From a virus, in IMG/VR virus record IMGVR_UViG_3300027714_000009, positions 1 to 64,000 of that record: a stretch of DNA of 64,000 bases. The stretch is one strand, 5' to 3'. A model generated the notes under the pieces. The model was not told the DNA's origin and ran no database searches. It saw only the letters and a program-made list of their open reading frames with translations. The number at the start of each line of letters is the position of its first letter. Position 1 is the stretch's first letter. The position numbers and the translations under genes were made by a program. Positions 25,830-35,082 of this stretch are shown here, one piece after another.

Positions 25830-27041
25830 TTATCTTTCCTGTGCCATATTTGCGGCTGTAAATCCTGCTCTGTTAACTAGTTTAACATCCTTGTCCACTA
25901 CATACCCTTCACCGCCTCTTTGACCTGAAGTGCTAGCTTCAACATCTGCGTCTTGTGCATCTAGTGTTTTAATAACTATATTCTTTACTTTTTGAATGCC
26001 TTTAATAAAATTAAATGTTGCATTAAATCCGTCTATGTTACTATTTATGTAATCCATTAAACGTGCTTTCTTTGGTTCTGATAACTTACTACCATCAACA
26101 AACTTTTGGAAAGTACTTCCAAGATCATTTAGGTTGCCTGCTTTAACACTGTTGTTGATGTAAGCATAAAGTATCTTGCCAAAGTCTGCCATTTTTAATT
26201 CTGGTGGTACTGCAAACAATTTATCTATTGCTTGTGCATTTTTGTCTAAGTAATTTTCTAATTCGTCTATTGCTGGAATGTCCACACCTGGAGATTTTGT
26301 TACCATTACAGGTGGCATAATGTATGTTGCGCCTTGTTGAAATTGTGTCATATCAACATTGCTTTTTTCGCCATCTAAGCCAACTGCCATGTGTATTACT
26401 ACACCAACTTCACTGTCAGTAATCTTCTTACCAACTTCACTGTCTGCTTTTACTGAATACGTTGTTGTGTTAGGTGTGAATACATATTTGTTGTCTGTTA
26501 CTTGTGGCTTTGTTAACCAAAGTAAATCACCCATCACATATCCTCTAAAGTTATCTGGTACACAACTTTCTACTTTATCCCATATGTTAGTCATCGCTCC
26601 TATAAACTTTTTATAGTCATTTGCTTTTTTAGCATCTGGGTTTTTTGCACCTGGGCGGTTGCTTAACATTTGATTTAGACCTTTAGCACTAGTTGCTTTT
26701 CCGTCATAACCTTTTGCACTAAATCCACTTTTATCAGTAAGTACAAATTCACCTTTTTCATTTCTTCCAAACATAACAGCTGGTGAGCCGTCCCATTTAA
26801 TAGTAACTGTATTTGGTTGTTGTTCTACTTGATGTAATGTTGCAATTGCTTTTTTAGCACCTTGACTACCGTCCCATAGAATAAGATCTTCTAAGTGCTG
26901 AATTCTAGCACCGCCGGCATCTTCTGCTAATTTAGTTAAATTTGGAGTATAAAGATCTTTCTGAACTAACCTGCGTTTGCGGCTGTCTCTGTTTAGGCGT
27001 TTCTTTGTTCCTACTATATGTTCAATATCACTTATTTTCAT
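25830..27041 (-). CDS. RNA-ligase-like nucleotidyltransferase (DUF6267-like)
   Basis: HLEDL, TIKWDG (motif I KxDG), GDL, GEGYV, KLVNR. Confidence 0.6.
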   Translation of the reverse strand: MKISDIEHIVGTKKRLNRDSRKRRLVQKDLYTPNLTKLAEDAGGARIQHLEDLILWDGSQGAKKAIATLHQVEQQPNTVTIKWDGSPAVMFGRNEKGEFVLTDKSGFSAKGYDGKATSAKGLNQMLSNRPGAKNPDAKKANDYKKFIGAMTNIWDKVESCVPDNFRGYVMGDLLWLTKPQVTDNKYVFTPNTTTYSVKADSEVGKKITDSEVGVVIHMAVGLDGEKSNVDMTQFQQGATYIMPPVMVTKSPGVDIPAIDELENYLDKNAQAIDKLFAVPPELKMADFGKILYAYINNSVKAGNLNDLGSTFQKFVDGSKLSEPKKARLMDYINSNIDGFNATFNFIKGIQKVKNIVIKTLDAQDADVEASTSGQRGGEGYVVDKDVKLVNRAGFTAANMAQER

Positions 27042-27289
27042 TTCGGTCCTCTAATTTTCCTAACCCCACGATTGAATCGTTCTGGGTCTCTATTCTTTAT
27101 ACTTAACATGATACGCTTTGTCAAGTCTTGTGCTACGTCTGCATCGTAATGATTCTCAATTAAATCTAATACATTTATAACACTACTTATGGCGTTGGAA
27201 CCTCTACTTTCTAAGATTGCATCTTTAGACTTTTTTGGAGCTAAAAGATTTATTTCTTCTAATAAGCTACGAGTTCGTTTCTGTGTCAT
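27038..27289 (-). CDS. hypothetical protein
   Basis: GGAG SD, TAAATA at 27331-27336. Confidence 0.75.
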   Translation of the reverse strand: MTQKRTRSLLEEINLLAPKKSKDAILESRGSNAISSVINVLDLIENHYDADVAQDLTKRIMLSIKNRDPERFNRGVRKIRGPK

Positions 27290-27337
27290 GTTTCTTCTCC
27301 AGTAATAATTTACTTCTTACTTTATTGTAGTATTTAT

Positions 27338-28762
27338 CTAACTATTACTTCTTTTGAGCATAGAACGTAACTTGTCGTGGCCCTGTATTGTGTTCTCCAC
27401 AACACTATTTTCAGCAATATTCTTTTCTTGATGTGATACTTTGTTTTGTGCTTTAATTTTCTCAAACATAGCACTAGGTTGATTCATTGTAGTTCCTTGA
27501 TCATCTTCGTCTAGATCCTCAATACGCAATCCTGCAATATCAAATTTTAAGTCTACTTTTTGTCCAACACCACTACTACTACGTGTCTTCATAAACTGTA
27601 CTTGGTAACGCCCACGTTCACGCATTGCTTGGCTTGTAAATATACCAATAACGTTGTCTGCTGTTTGAATCTTACTTATACCACCTGCAATGTGGGAGTG
27701 ATCAAATTCTACTTCCTCTACTGCCGCTCTGTTTAACTGAGATGCTGTTGCAAACAAATAATCATATTCTACTGCAAAGTTACGTAATTCTTCTGATACA
27801 AATTTATCTTTAATAAACAAATCACTTGGATTTACTTTATTTTGTGCTGGCATCATTAGATCCAAGTAATCAATACATACTGCATCTATTTTGACATCAC
27901 TTTTAATTTCAAATTCTCTAATATAACTTGTAATAGCATTAATTGTAATACCATTTGGCAATTGTACAATCTGTAGCTTACCTGCTTTCTTACCTTGCAT
28001 ACGTACTTTTAAATCTACGTCAGCGGCGTTCTTAAATACTGATCTTGTGTCCATGCCAGTAATCATACTGTCTAATCGCATACTAGATAATTCTTCACTA
28101 AGCTCTAGTGTAATATATACTACATTCAATCCTGCAATTGACCAATTCAGTGCTAAGTTCTGTAAGAACAAACTCTTACCACCACCCGATGGAGCTGCAA
28201 ATATATTTAATTCGCCTCTGTTAAATCCACCATATAGTTTGTTATCAATATCTTTCCAACCTGTGCTTGTGCCACCACGTTGATTACGTACACGTTCAAT
28301 ACGTGCCGCTGGATCTTCCCAATAGTCTGTACCCATATGTTTAGCAAGTCCAATATTGACTGCATCTTTAATCATACGTTCTACTGGTCCGTAGTCACCT
28401 TTTTCTAACAAGTCTGCACTTGTTAAGATTGCACCTTCTAATGCTTTATGTCTACAAAATACTTCAAACTCATCTATAAACCATTTCTTGTGTCTGTCAT
28501 CTACATCTTTTAGTGGCTGTAACTCTAGCCCTGTTGTAGCTACAATTTGCTCCAATGTAGGTAACGCACTATATCCCATAGAATGTTCTTGTATAAACTC
28601 AACACCCTTGCGTAGTTCTCTATCAAAATACAAAGGATCAAGTATTCCATTTACTCTAGCGAATAAGTCTTGGTCCTGAGATAAAAACTCAACAAATAAT
28701 CGTTGTAAGTCTATGCCATATTCTTTTGCTTGTACATTTTCATCTTTTTTCATCATTTGCAA
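27338..28762 (-). CDS. replicative DnaB-like helicase (gp41-like)
   Basis: APSGGGKS Walker A, TLE, IDYLDL, SQLNR, KTRS. Confidence 0.93.
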   Translation of the reverse strand: MQMMKKDENVQAKEYGIDLQRLFVEFLSQDQDLFARVNGILDPLYFDRELRKGVEFIQEHSMGYSALPTLEQIVATTGLELQPLKDVDDRHKKWFIDEFEVFCRHKALEGAILTSADLLEKGDYGPVERMIKDAVNIGLAKHMGTDYWEDPAARIERVRNQRGGTSTGWKDIDNKLYGGFNRGELNIFAAPSGGGKSLFLQNLALNWSIAGLNVVYITLELSEELSSMRLDSMITGMDTRSVFKNAADVDLKVRMQGKKAGKLQIVQLPNGITINAITSYIREFEIKSDVKIDAVCIDYLDLMMPAQNKVNPSDLFIKDKFVSEELRNFAVEYDYLFATASQLNRAAVEEVEFDHSHIAGGISKIQTADNVIGIFTSQAMRERGRYQVQFMKTRSSSGVGQKVDLKFDIAGLRIEDLDEDDQGTTMNQPSAMFEKIKAQNKVSHQEKNIAENSVVENTIQGHDKLRSMLKRSNS

Positions 28763-29766
28763 TACTTTCTCATAATTAATTCAATTTTAGTTGCATTACT
28801 TTCTGCACTATTTAATATACTCTTTATTGTATACAATCTTCCGTATTTTGTCAAGGCATCTGCGGCATCTTTGCAATCTTTCCATTCTGGAAATGCTACA
28901 CTCCACCCATGCTTTATTGCTGCCTTACACATTAACTTTCCTGCATCATCTGCGTCTGGTAATATTATAATATGTTTCTGTAAGCTGTGTAGTATATCTG
29001 CTTGTTCATCATTTATATTATTACTACCTATTGCACACCCATCAGTTACTATTGCATCAAGTTGTCCTTCAGTTACAATAACAACATGCTTGTCTGGAGT
29101 CTGTCTATCTAACCCATACACAAAGTCTTTCTTAGGTTGCTGATTGTAGTACTTGGGCATACCATCTGGAATACTATCTCCTGCCCATCTTGCTGTGTAT
29201 CCTACTACTTTATTTTTATATGTAAATGGTAATATGAAACGCTTGTTGACTCTACCATTTGTTTTACTATTACTATACATGAATCTAGGATCAGTTACAT
29301 CAAACCCACGTCTAGTTAAATATTCTACTGCTTCCGACCAATCTGCTGTAGGCTCGTCATGTAGCATAAATGGTTTAGTATCTTCTGGCAGCTCTTTTAA
29401 GTCCCAATCAATAATTAAGTTTTTACGTTTCTCTGTTTTTATTAATAAAGTTGCTACATCTTGTTCACGTAACAATTCAAGTTGAATACGATTAATATCA
29501 TTCTCATCTGCACCTAATGTAGTTAGTAATTGTTTTAATCTAGATGTTACTTTGCCCTGTGGTGCCCATCCAGTTTTAAATGTGCAATTAAAGCAATTAT
29601 ATTGAAACTTTTCTACGTCAAATAAGAATCCACCTCTGCCTTTAGTATCAGGTCGTGCTTGACCATTTCTAGTACACATTGGGCAATTGCCAGATATCCA
29701 TCCACTAGGGCTTGATCGCCAGTTAGCCGGTACCAGAGTTCTTACGTAGTCGTTCATCAAAGTCAT
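28753..29766 (-). CDS. DNA primase (gp61-like)
   Basis: CPMC...CFNC zinc domain; TOPRIM EGQLD, PDADDAG, KDAAD. Confidence 0.92.
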   Translation of the reverse strand: MTLMNDYVRTLVPANWRSSPSGWISGNCPMCTRNGQARPDTKGRGGFLFDVEKFQYNCFNCTFKTGWAPQGKVTSRLKQLLTTLGADENDINRIQLELLREQDVATLLIKTEKRKNLIIDWDLKELPEDTKPFMLHDEPTADWSEAVEYLTRRGFDVTDPRFMYSNSKTNGRVNKRFILPFTYKNKVVGYTARWAGDSIPDGMPKYYNQQPKKDFVYGLDRQTPDKHVVIVTEGQLDAIVTDGCAIGSNNINDEQADILHSLQKHIIILPDADDAGKLMCKAAIKHGWSVAFPEWKDCKDAADALTKYGRLYTIKSILNSAESNATKIELIMRKYCK

Positions 29767-29772
29767 ACATGT

Positions 29773-29801
29773 ATATTACACTCTTATTACTACTTTGTCA
29801 A
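29773..29801 (-). promoter_or_regulatory. sigma70-type promoter, predicted leaderless
   Basis: TTGACA-N17-TAATAT-N6-ATG(29766). Confidence 0.65.
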
Positions 29802-30609
29802 GTGTTCCTGTTGGTGATGTGTGTTTTGTTCTGATTAATTTTACGTTTGTACGGAATGTCCATGGATCTATTCCAGTGTGATTAGTATATGGGTAAAATT
29901 CTTCGGTGTACGAGCCTAATATTATGTTAAACCAGTCGCTTTCGCCTGGATTGTCATTTAATGAGCCTTGCACCCAAAAATTACCTGTATAGCCTGTGCC
30001 ATATACTGCTAGTGTAATTAATCCGTTTGGTTTGTTATAGTATCCTGTGGCTTTCATGGCACTACTGTAATAGTATGTGTCTACGCCTACAACTGAAGTT
30101 GTAAAGGATGAATTAATTTGTGTTGTTAATGGTAATGCATCACCATCTTCTGTTACTTCAACAGTGTAGTTAGGTCGCATGTTTAAGTCTGCAAACATAG
30201 GAACAACTAAACCTTGATCAGTAGTGTAACTAAACACTAGATCATAAAATCCTTGTGAGAATAAAGAACTCTCTCCACTTGTAATTATTACTTTAACACT
30301 ACCTGCATCGTAGTCTGTTATAATAGCTTTTTTACTAACTACAGTAGATCTATCATTACGATCAATTAAGGATACTTGCATAGTAGTGCCGTGTAACATA
30401 ATTGGCTTGCGATCTTGGTTCTTTATAAAGAAGAAAAACTCAGTATCAAATCCTCGAAATAGTTTTAAAAATCTATAGTTAACCGGACTGTTTACTGAGG
30501 TACCTTTTGCACTTGCGTACTTGCCAAGCCCTGGCGATGAACCGTGGTCTTGTAAGGTGTAAAGATCACCTACTTGATTAATATTGTATGTTGTTCCGTA
30601 ATTTGACAT
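29776..30609 (-). CDS. putative structural protein
   Basis: beta-rich; AGGAG SD and TAAATA at 30629-30634. Confidence 0.55.
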   Translation of the reverse strand: MSNYGTTYNINQVGDLYTLQDHGSSPGLGKYASAKGTSVNSPVNYRFLKLFRGFDTEFFFFIKNQDRKPIMLHGTTMQVSLIDRNDRSTVVSKKAIITDYDAGSVKVIITSGESSLFSQGFYDLVFSYTTDQGLVVPMFADLNMRPNYTVEVTEDGDALPLTTQINSSFTTSVVGVDTYYYSSAMKATGYYNKPNGLITLAVYGTGYTGNFWVQGSLNDNPGESDWFNIILGSYTEEFYPYTNHTGIDPWTFRTNVKLIRTKHTSPTGTLDKVVIRV

Positions 30610-30672
30610 GTGTTAGACTCCTGTATTGTATTTATCAAAATTGTTCGGATTTTGAAAGCATAAATAGAAGTA

Positions 30673-31044
30673 ATGCAAACAAAACATCAGAAACTATTAG
30701 ACGAATATCCATTCTTAACTGTCATAGCATATGCCGGAAACGAATACCTTGGGATTATCCAAAATATAGATAACCATGTTGCTAGCTTATATGTGTACGA
30801 TCGCTTAACTGATACCCAAGAGAGAATTAAGTTCTTGGAATTAGGCGAAGAATGGTGGTGGGAAACGAATAGAAAATTACCCATCAACATTGCATTACTT
30901 AATAGATGGAATTACCAATACGCAATTCAAAGTTTTAATGTAAAACAAATGGAAGTTATTGTAGGACCAGAAGTAAGACTAAGCAACAGCATCACCAAGC
31001 GGATTAAAAGACGTAGTATTAACCTTGTAAAGAAAAACCACTAG
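30673..31044 (+). CDS. conserved hypothetical phage protein
   Basis: 123 aa; TAAATA 6 nt upstream of the ATG. Confidence 0.75.
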   Translation: MQTKHQKLLDEYPFLTVIAYAGNEYLGIIQNIDNHVASLYVYDRLTDTQERIKFLELGEEWWWETNRKLPINIALLNRWNYQYAIQSFNVKQMEVIVGPEVRLSNSITKRIKRRSINLVKKNH

Positions 31045-31603
31045 CTAACATATTTAATTGCAATACTATAGCAACTGCATATGCGTGAGCATGTGCTTTT
31101 TTAAAAAAGTATTCATCTGTGCTAGGTTTAACCCATACATCAGCGTTAATAGCGTCCCAACCCTTATTAAGTAAGTGACGCTTCGCCGGTCTGATTACTG
31201 CAAGCACTGCCGCTAGCTGTTCTACACTAGTAGGCTTCATTGTATTAATAATATCAAAGTGCTTATGTATGTGGAAACATTGTTCTACTACTTCTCGATG
31301 TTCTAGTAACTCCCACATAGGATCCATTGCAAGCAAATCATCTAGCTTCTTCTTAGTATCAATAGATTTATATAATCCAACGTTAATAACATCAATTTTA
31401 AAGTAACCCATAGACTCTGCTTCTTTATGATCTATTGTGCTAAGTCCATTAAAAGGATTACTTGGTATTTCATGGAAGTACACACCAGTGTTATGTTTTA
31501 CTTGCTTATGTTCGCGAGCAATCATTGCAGGTGTGCCGTTAATAAGGTTTAATAGCTTATCTCTATTAGCTACATCAATGTCAATATCTGTGTTAACTAT
31601 CAT
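31019..31603 (-). CDS. miniature DNA polymerase III alpha (DnaE) catalytic-core protein, 194 aa
   Basis: DIDID, HNTGVY, GYFKID, LAVIRP, YFFKKAHAHAYA; start MIVNT after AAGGA. Confidence 0.8.
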   Translation of the reverse strand: MIVNTDIDIDVANRDKLLNLINGTPAMIAREHKQVKHNTGVYFHEIPSNPFNGLSTIDHKEAESMGYFKIDVINVGLYKSIDTKKKLDDLLAMDPMWELLEHREVVEQCFHIHKHFDIINTMKPTSVEQLAAVLAVIRPAKRHLLNKGWDAINADVWVKPSTDEYFFKKAHAHAYAVAIVLQLNMLASGFSLQG

Positions 31604-31685
31604 TTGGGTCTTCCTTATCCATTTTATATAACATATATACTGGTAATACAAAACATGCTAATATATAAATCAATGACCATATCAT
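31593..31685 (-). CDS. 30-aa membrane micropeptide (MIWSLIYILACFVLPVYMLYKMDKEDPNDS)
   Basis: ATGA overlap with the upstream stop; one TM helix; fills the gap exactly. Confidence 0.5.
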   Translation of the reverse strand: MIWSLIYILACFVLPVYMLYKMDKEDPNDS

Positions 31686-32353
31686 ATTTTCATTTGCTCC
31701 ATAATTTCTGTTACAAATCTACCATCCTGTGGATTGACATTCATTCTACGTTGCCAATAATCAACATCTAAATAATCTGTTATCATTTTTAGTTGTTCGC
31801 CACTCATGTTATCAATTAAATCTTGTGCCGCTGTACTTGTAAACAATACCCACGGACTAATTTTGCCACTGCATATATGAAATACTGCAAGTGCTGGTGC
31901 TATTGTATGAAAGTATGTATTATATGTTGTGTTGTTTTCTTCTGCCCACTTCTGTAAAAACAATACAGTACGCTCAACACCTCTTTCACACGATTCGTTG
32001 TTTTGTCGTTCTTTCATCCAAGCCGCAAAATGCTTATCTCTACACCAATGGTCTAATCTTATTGAATTCTTTAATAGCCAAGTTGTGTAAGACGGTACAT
32101 CATCAATACCAATGTCCCTACAATAATAACCATACTTACAGAACGCAATATAATATTGACTTTTTGCAAACTCCTGGTAGCTTTTTTCATTCTTTGCATT
32201 TGTTCCTATTTTATAGAATAACTGATAACCTCTAAAACCAAGTTGTACATGCTTTTCGTCTTTTTGCATGTGCCTACGCTTCTGTTCACATAAATGAACA
32301 ACTAGTGTATTCTCTTTCTTGAATGTTTTAGAACAGTATTCACATTTAAACAT
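31682..32353 (-). CDS. zinc-finger-led replication-region protein
   Basis: N-terminal CEYC-x12-HLC. Confidence 0.6.
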   Translation of the reverse strand: MFKCEYCSKTFKKENTLVVHLCEQKRRHMQKDEKHVQLGFRGYQLFYKIGTNAKNEKSYQEFAKSQYYIAFCKYGYYCRDIGIDDVPSYTTWLLKNSIRLDHWCRDKHFAAWMKERQNNESCERGVERTVLFLQKWAEENNTTYNTYFHTIAPALAVFHICSGKISPWVLFTSTAAQDLIDNMSGEQLKMITDYLDVDYWQRRMNVNPQDGRFVTEIMEQMKI

Positions 32354-32812
32354 TTATTTTAACAGCTCTTTAATTTGCTTCTTATCGTACCCATACTCTT
32401 CAAACAACTCCTTGAAGTCATCTTTAGTTTTAGTACTAATAAAAATTTCTACTTCATCGTCATTCAGATGATTATAGTTTTCTATAACCCACTTCTGTAT
32501 CTTACTTTGTTTCATTGCTTTTCCAGGTGCAATCCAAGGATGGAATGTAGTCTTCCCTAGTCCAACTAACTGCATTAGCTGATGTTGCAACTGTGGGTGC
32601 TTACGTAGCTTGTTAAAGTGTACATTTACTACTTCGTTAGTCCACTCTAAGTAATGCTCAGTAAACATCTTATCACCACAACTACTAGTATAACGCATTA
32701 GTAGCCATATGCCTAGCTTTTTCTTTTCTTCTTCAGTAAGACTGTCATACCAACCTCTATCCTTGGTATCAATACCTCGCATCTCTTCTTTAATGTTTAG
32801 TTTATTTGACAA
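32354..32812 (-). CDS. putative clamp-loader small subunit (gp62-like)
   Basis: WLLMRYTS..NEVVN..HPQLQ..FHPWI pattern resembles gp62; context. Confidence 0.45.
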   Translation of the reverse strand: MSNKLNIKEEMRGIDTKDRGWYDSLTEEEKKKLGIWLLMRYTSSCGDKMFTEHYLEWTNEVVNVHFNKLRKHPQLQHQLMQLVGLGKTTFHPWIAPGKAMKQSKIQKWVIENYNHLNDDEVEIFISTKTKDDFKELFEEYGYDKKQIKELLK

Positions 32813-33023
32813 TTACTACTTCTCCTTCAGTTTCTATCCAAACTTTAGCACCACATGATAGTGGTTTGTCTGGACTGTATATAACTTTCGAATCACCTTT
32901 AATAGACACTTCATGTCCATATGTATTACTCTTAGAAGTCTTGCATGTTAATACAGGTTCTCTTTCACCTGTCTTAGCATTACGTTTAACAACGTGCTGA
33001 TTAACATGTATCCTAGTCTTCAT
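32802..33023 (-). CDS. small conserved phage protein
   Basis: IHVNQH...PLSCGAKVWIET. Confidence 0.75.
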   Translation of the reverse strand: MKTRIHVNQHVVKRNAKTGEREPVLTCKTSKSNTYGHEVSIKGDSKVIYSPDKPLSCGAKVWIETEGEVVIVK

Positions 33024-33029
33024 AGTTTA

Positions 33030-33530
33030 CTACCAAAGCTCACTAATGTCAAGTACTTCAGGTAACTTGTTTGATTCCTTTACAAACAGTACACAGGGTG
33101 GATTTGCTCCGTCATGCAATGGAACATTTAATAAATGTCCAAACTTTAGCTTAGGTGCATACCATTTTACATCTGTGTAAATATTAGTTATTGATATGTC
33201 CAAGTACTTAGGTGTAAATCCTGTAATAGGATTAAATGCAAACACACTAAAGCCCCTGTCATTCAAACTCATTAAACTTACAACTTCTGGATCACCAACT
33301 GATGGATCACAAATAACTATGCTCCAATCTAATGGCATTGTAATTGAGTAATCACCAATTTTTAATACTGCGGCTGGTGCATAAAAACTTTCTAGGAACA
33401 CTAATGGAATAAAATAGTAATCAATGTGTCCTGGGTTGCTATAGTCTAAAATGCTGTATCGTAAGTCTTCTACCTGATCTGGAATCTCATCCAGTTCGTA
33501 AGTATTGTTTTCTACTGTTAAAATTTTCAT
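33030..33530 (-). CDS. conserved hypothetical protein
   Basis: 166-aa beta-rich ORF downstream of uvsW. Confidence 0.75.
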   Translation of the reverse strand: MKILTVENNTYELDEIPDQVEDLRYSILDYSNPGHIDYYFIPLVFLESFYAPAAVLKIGDYSITMPLDWSIVICDPSVGDPEVVSLMSLNDRGFSVFAFNPITGFTPKYLDISITNIYTDVKWYAPKLKFGHLLNVPLHDGANPPCVLFVKESNKLPEVLDISELW

Positions 33531-33549
33531 ATTTTATTTCCTGTGTGGC

Positions 33550-35001
33550 TTATTGCCATTCTACTTTTTCTATAGAGAATGGATAATTGGCTTCTTTATA
33601 AAACTTCTTACGCTCGGTTAAGTGTTTTTTACTAAATTTTGCTGTACTTGTAATGTCCCATATTTGAACATTGTCTTTATCTTCAGCTTTACGTATTCCA
33701 CGTCCAATACTTTGTATTACTCTAACAAAACTCTTACCGGGCTCTATTAGTACTAAGTTAAAAATACGTGGAATGTTAATACCAACTGCCGCAACTCCGT
33801 ATGTTGCTACAACAATTTGGTTTGTTCCTTCATTAATCTCATCATAATGATCTTTACGTGTTGTAGTTTTCATCTCACCACTTACAAAGTTTGCATGTGG
33901 AAGGTTTTCACAAATCATTTGTCCACCCTTGATACGATCTACTAATACTAGTGTGTTTCCGCTTTTACTAATCTTATCAATTAGTCCACTAATATGTTTT
34001 ATACGTGCTTTGTCTGTAGTTAAATAACTTAACTCACTTTGATAATTATTGTAGACTGCAAACTCTTTCATTTGCACTACGTTAACATGACATTGACTTA
34101 ATACATCCATCTCCTGCAACGTGCTTGCACTTAGCTTGTTAGTTACTTCACCTAGACATGCTTGTAAGCAAACCTTTTCATGTTCTGCCTTTGGTATAGT
34201 TCCTGTTAGTCCCCACCTTAAAGGAATCTTTGCAAACTCCTTAGTCAATAGTTCTTTTAATACGTCTGCTTTAGCTTGATGAACTTCGTCTACAATCACA
34301 CATACTACGTCTTCTGCAAACTCTGCTAAACTTAATTCGCTTTGTCCTTCTCTAAATCTTTTCTTAATACTATTCAAACTCTGCCACGTACAAATTGTAT
34401 GTGTTTTGCCTAGTTCTTTTTTGTCACCGTAATACACGCCAACATCTAATCCTAAGTTCTCATAATCTGCCGCTGTTTGTTTTACCAAGTCTTTGTTTGG
34501 TACAATAACAATTGACCTTCCATACTTTTCTACACGTTCACTAAGTGCCGCTGTAATAAGAGTTTTACCTGCACCTGTTGCAATTTCTTGCAAGCAATGT
34601 GGAGTTTCTAAATACTTGTTTACAATCTCAATCTGATAATCACGTAGTGTAACTGGCTGTCCTACCATTTGGTGTTTTTCAGGCCACAGTTTATGTTGAA
34701 ATGTTGATTCATCTACTACATTAAAATCAAGTTCATATTTTGTTCTTAAGTCTTCAATGTCAATGTCATAACCTTCATTCATTATAATGGGAAGCACTTT
34801 GTCAAGTAAGTTAGTATATGTTACACCACCTACTGTAAAGTAACTTTGACATCCATCCCATCTACCCAACTTATATGCTGGCACGTGGAATGCGTATGGA
34901 AGAAAGAACTTTAATTCCTTCTCACATTTTCTTCGAGTGTTAACGTCAAGACCTTCGATCTTGCAGTTCACTTCATCTTTTAATACGATTTTACATTTCA
35001 T
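33550..35001 (-). CDS. uvsW: UvsW-like SF2 helicase
   Basis: LRDYQ, ATGAGKT, DEVH, TGT, QSIGRGIR. Confidence 0.92.
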   Translation of the reverse strand: MKCKIVLKDEVNCKIEGLDVNTRRKCEKELKFFLPYAFHVPAYKLGRWDGCQSYFTVGGVTYTNLLDKVLPIIMNEGYDIDIEDLRTKYELDFNVVDESTFQHKLWPEKHQMVGQPVTLRDYQIEIVNKYLETPHCLQEIATGAGKTLITAALSERVEKYGRSIVIVPNKDLVKQTAADYENLGLDVGVYYGDKKELGKTHTICTWQSLNSIKKRFREGQSELSLAEFAEDVVCVIVDEVHQAKADVLKELLTKEFAKIPLRWGLTGTIPKAEHEKVCLQACLGEVTNKLSASTLQEMDVLSQCHVNVVQMKEFAVYNNYQSELSYLTTDKARIKHISGLIDKISKSGNTLVLVDRIKGGQMICENLPHANFVSGEMKTTTRKDHYDEINEGTNQIVVATYGVAAVGINIPRIFNLVLIEPGKSFVRVIQSIGRGIRKAEDKDNVQIWDITSTAKFSKKHLTERKKFYKEANYPFSIEKVEWQ

Positions 35002-35007
35002 ACTATT

Positions 35008-35036
35008 ATAATACACTAATTGTTAAGGAAAGTCAA
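35008..35036 (-). promoter_or_regulatory. sigma70-type promoter, predicted leaderless
   Basis: TTGACT-N17-TATTAT-N6-ATG(35001). Confidence 0.65.
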
Positions 35037-35047
35037 GTGGTAGTCAC

Positions 35048-35070
35048 AAAAAAAGCCCCGAAGGGCTTTT
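35048..35070 (-). terminator. intrinsic terminator
   Basis: aaaagccc-cgaa-gggctttt with long T tract on minus strand. Confidence 0.85.
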
Positions 35071-35082
35071 CTAATTTAGAAG

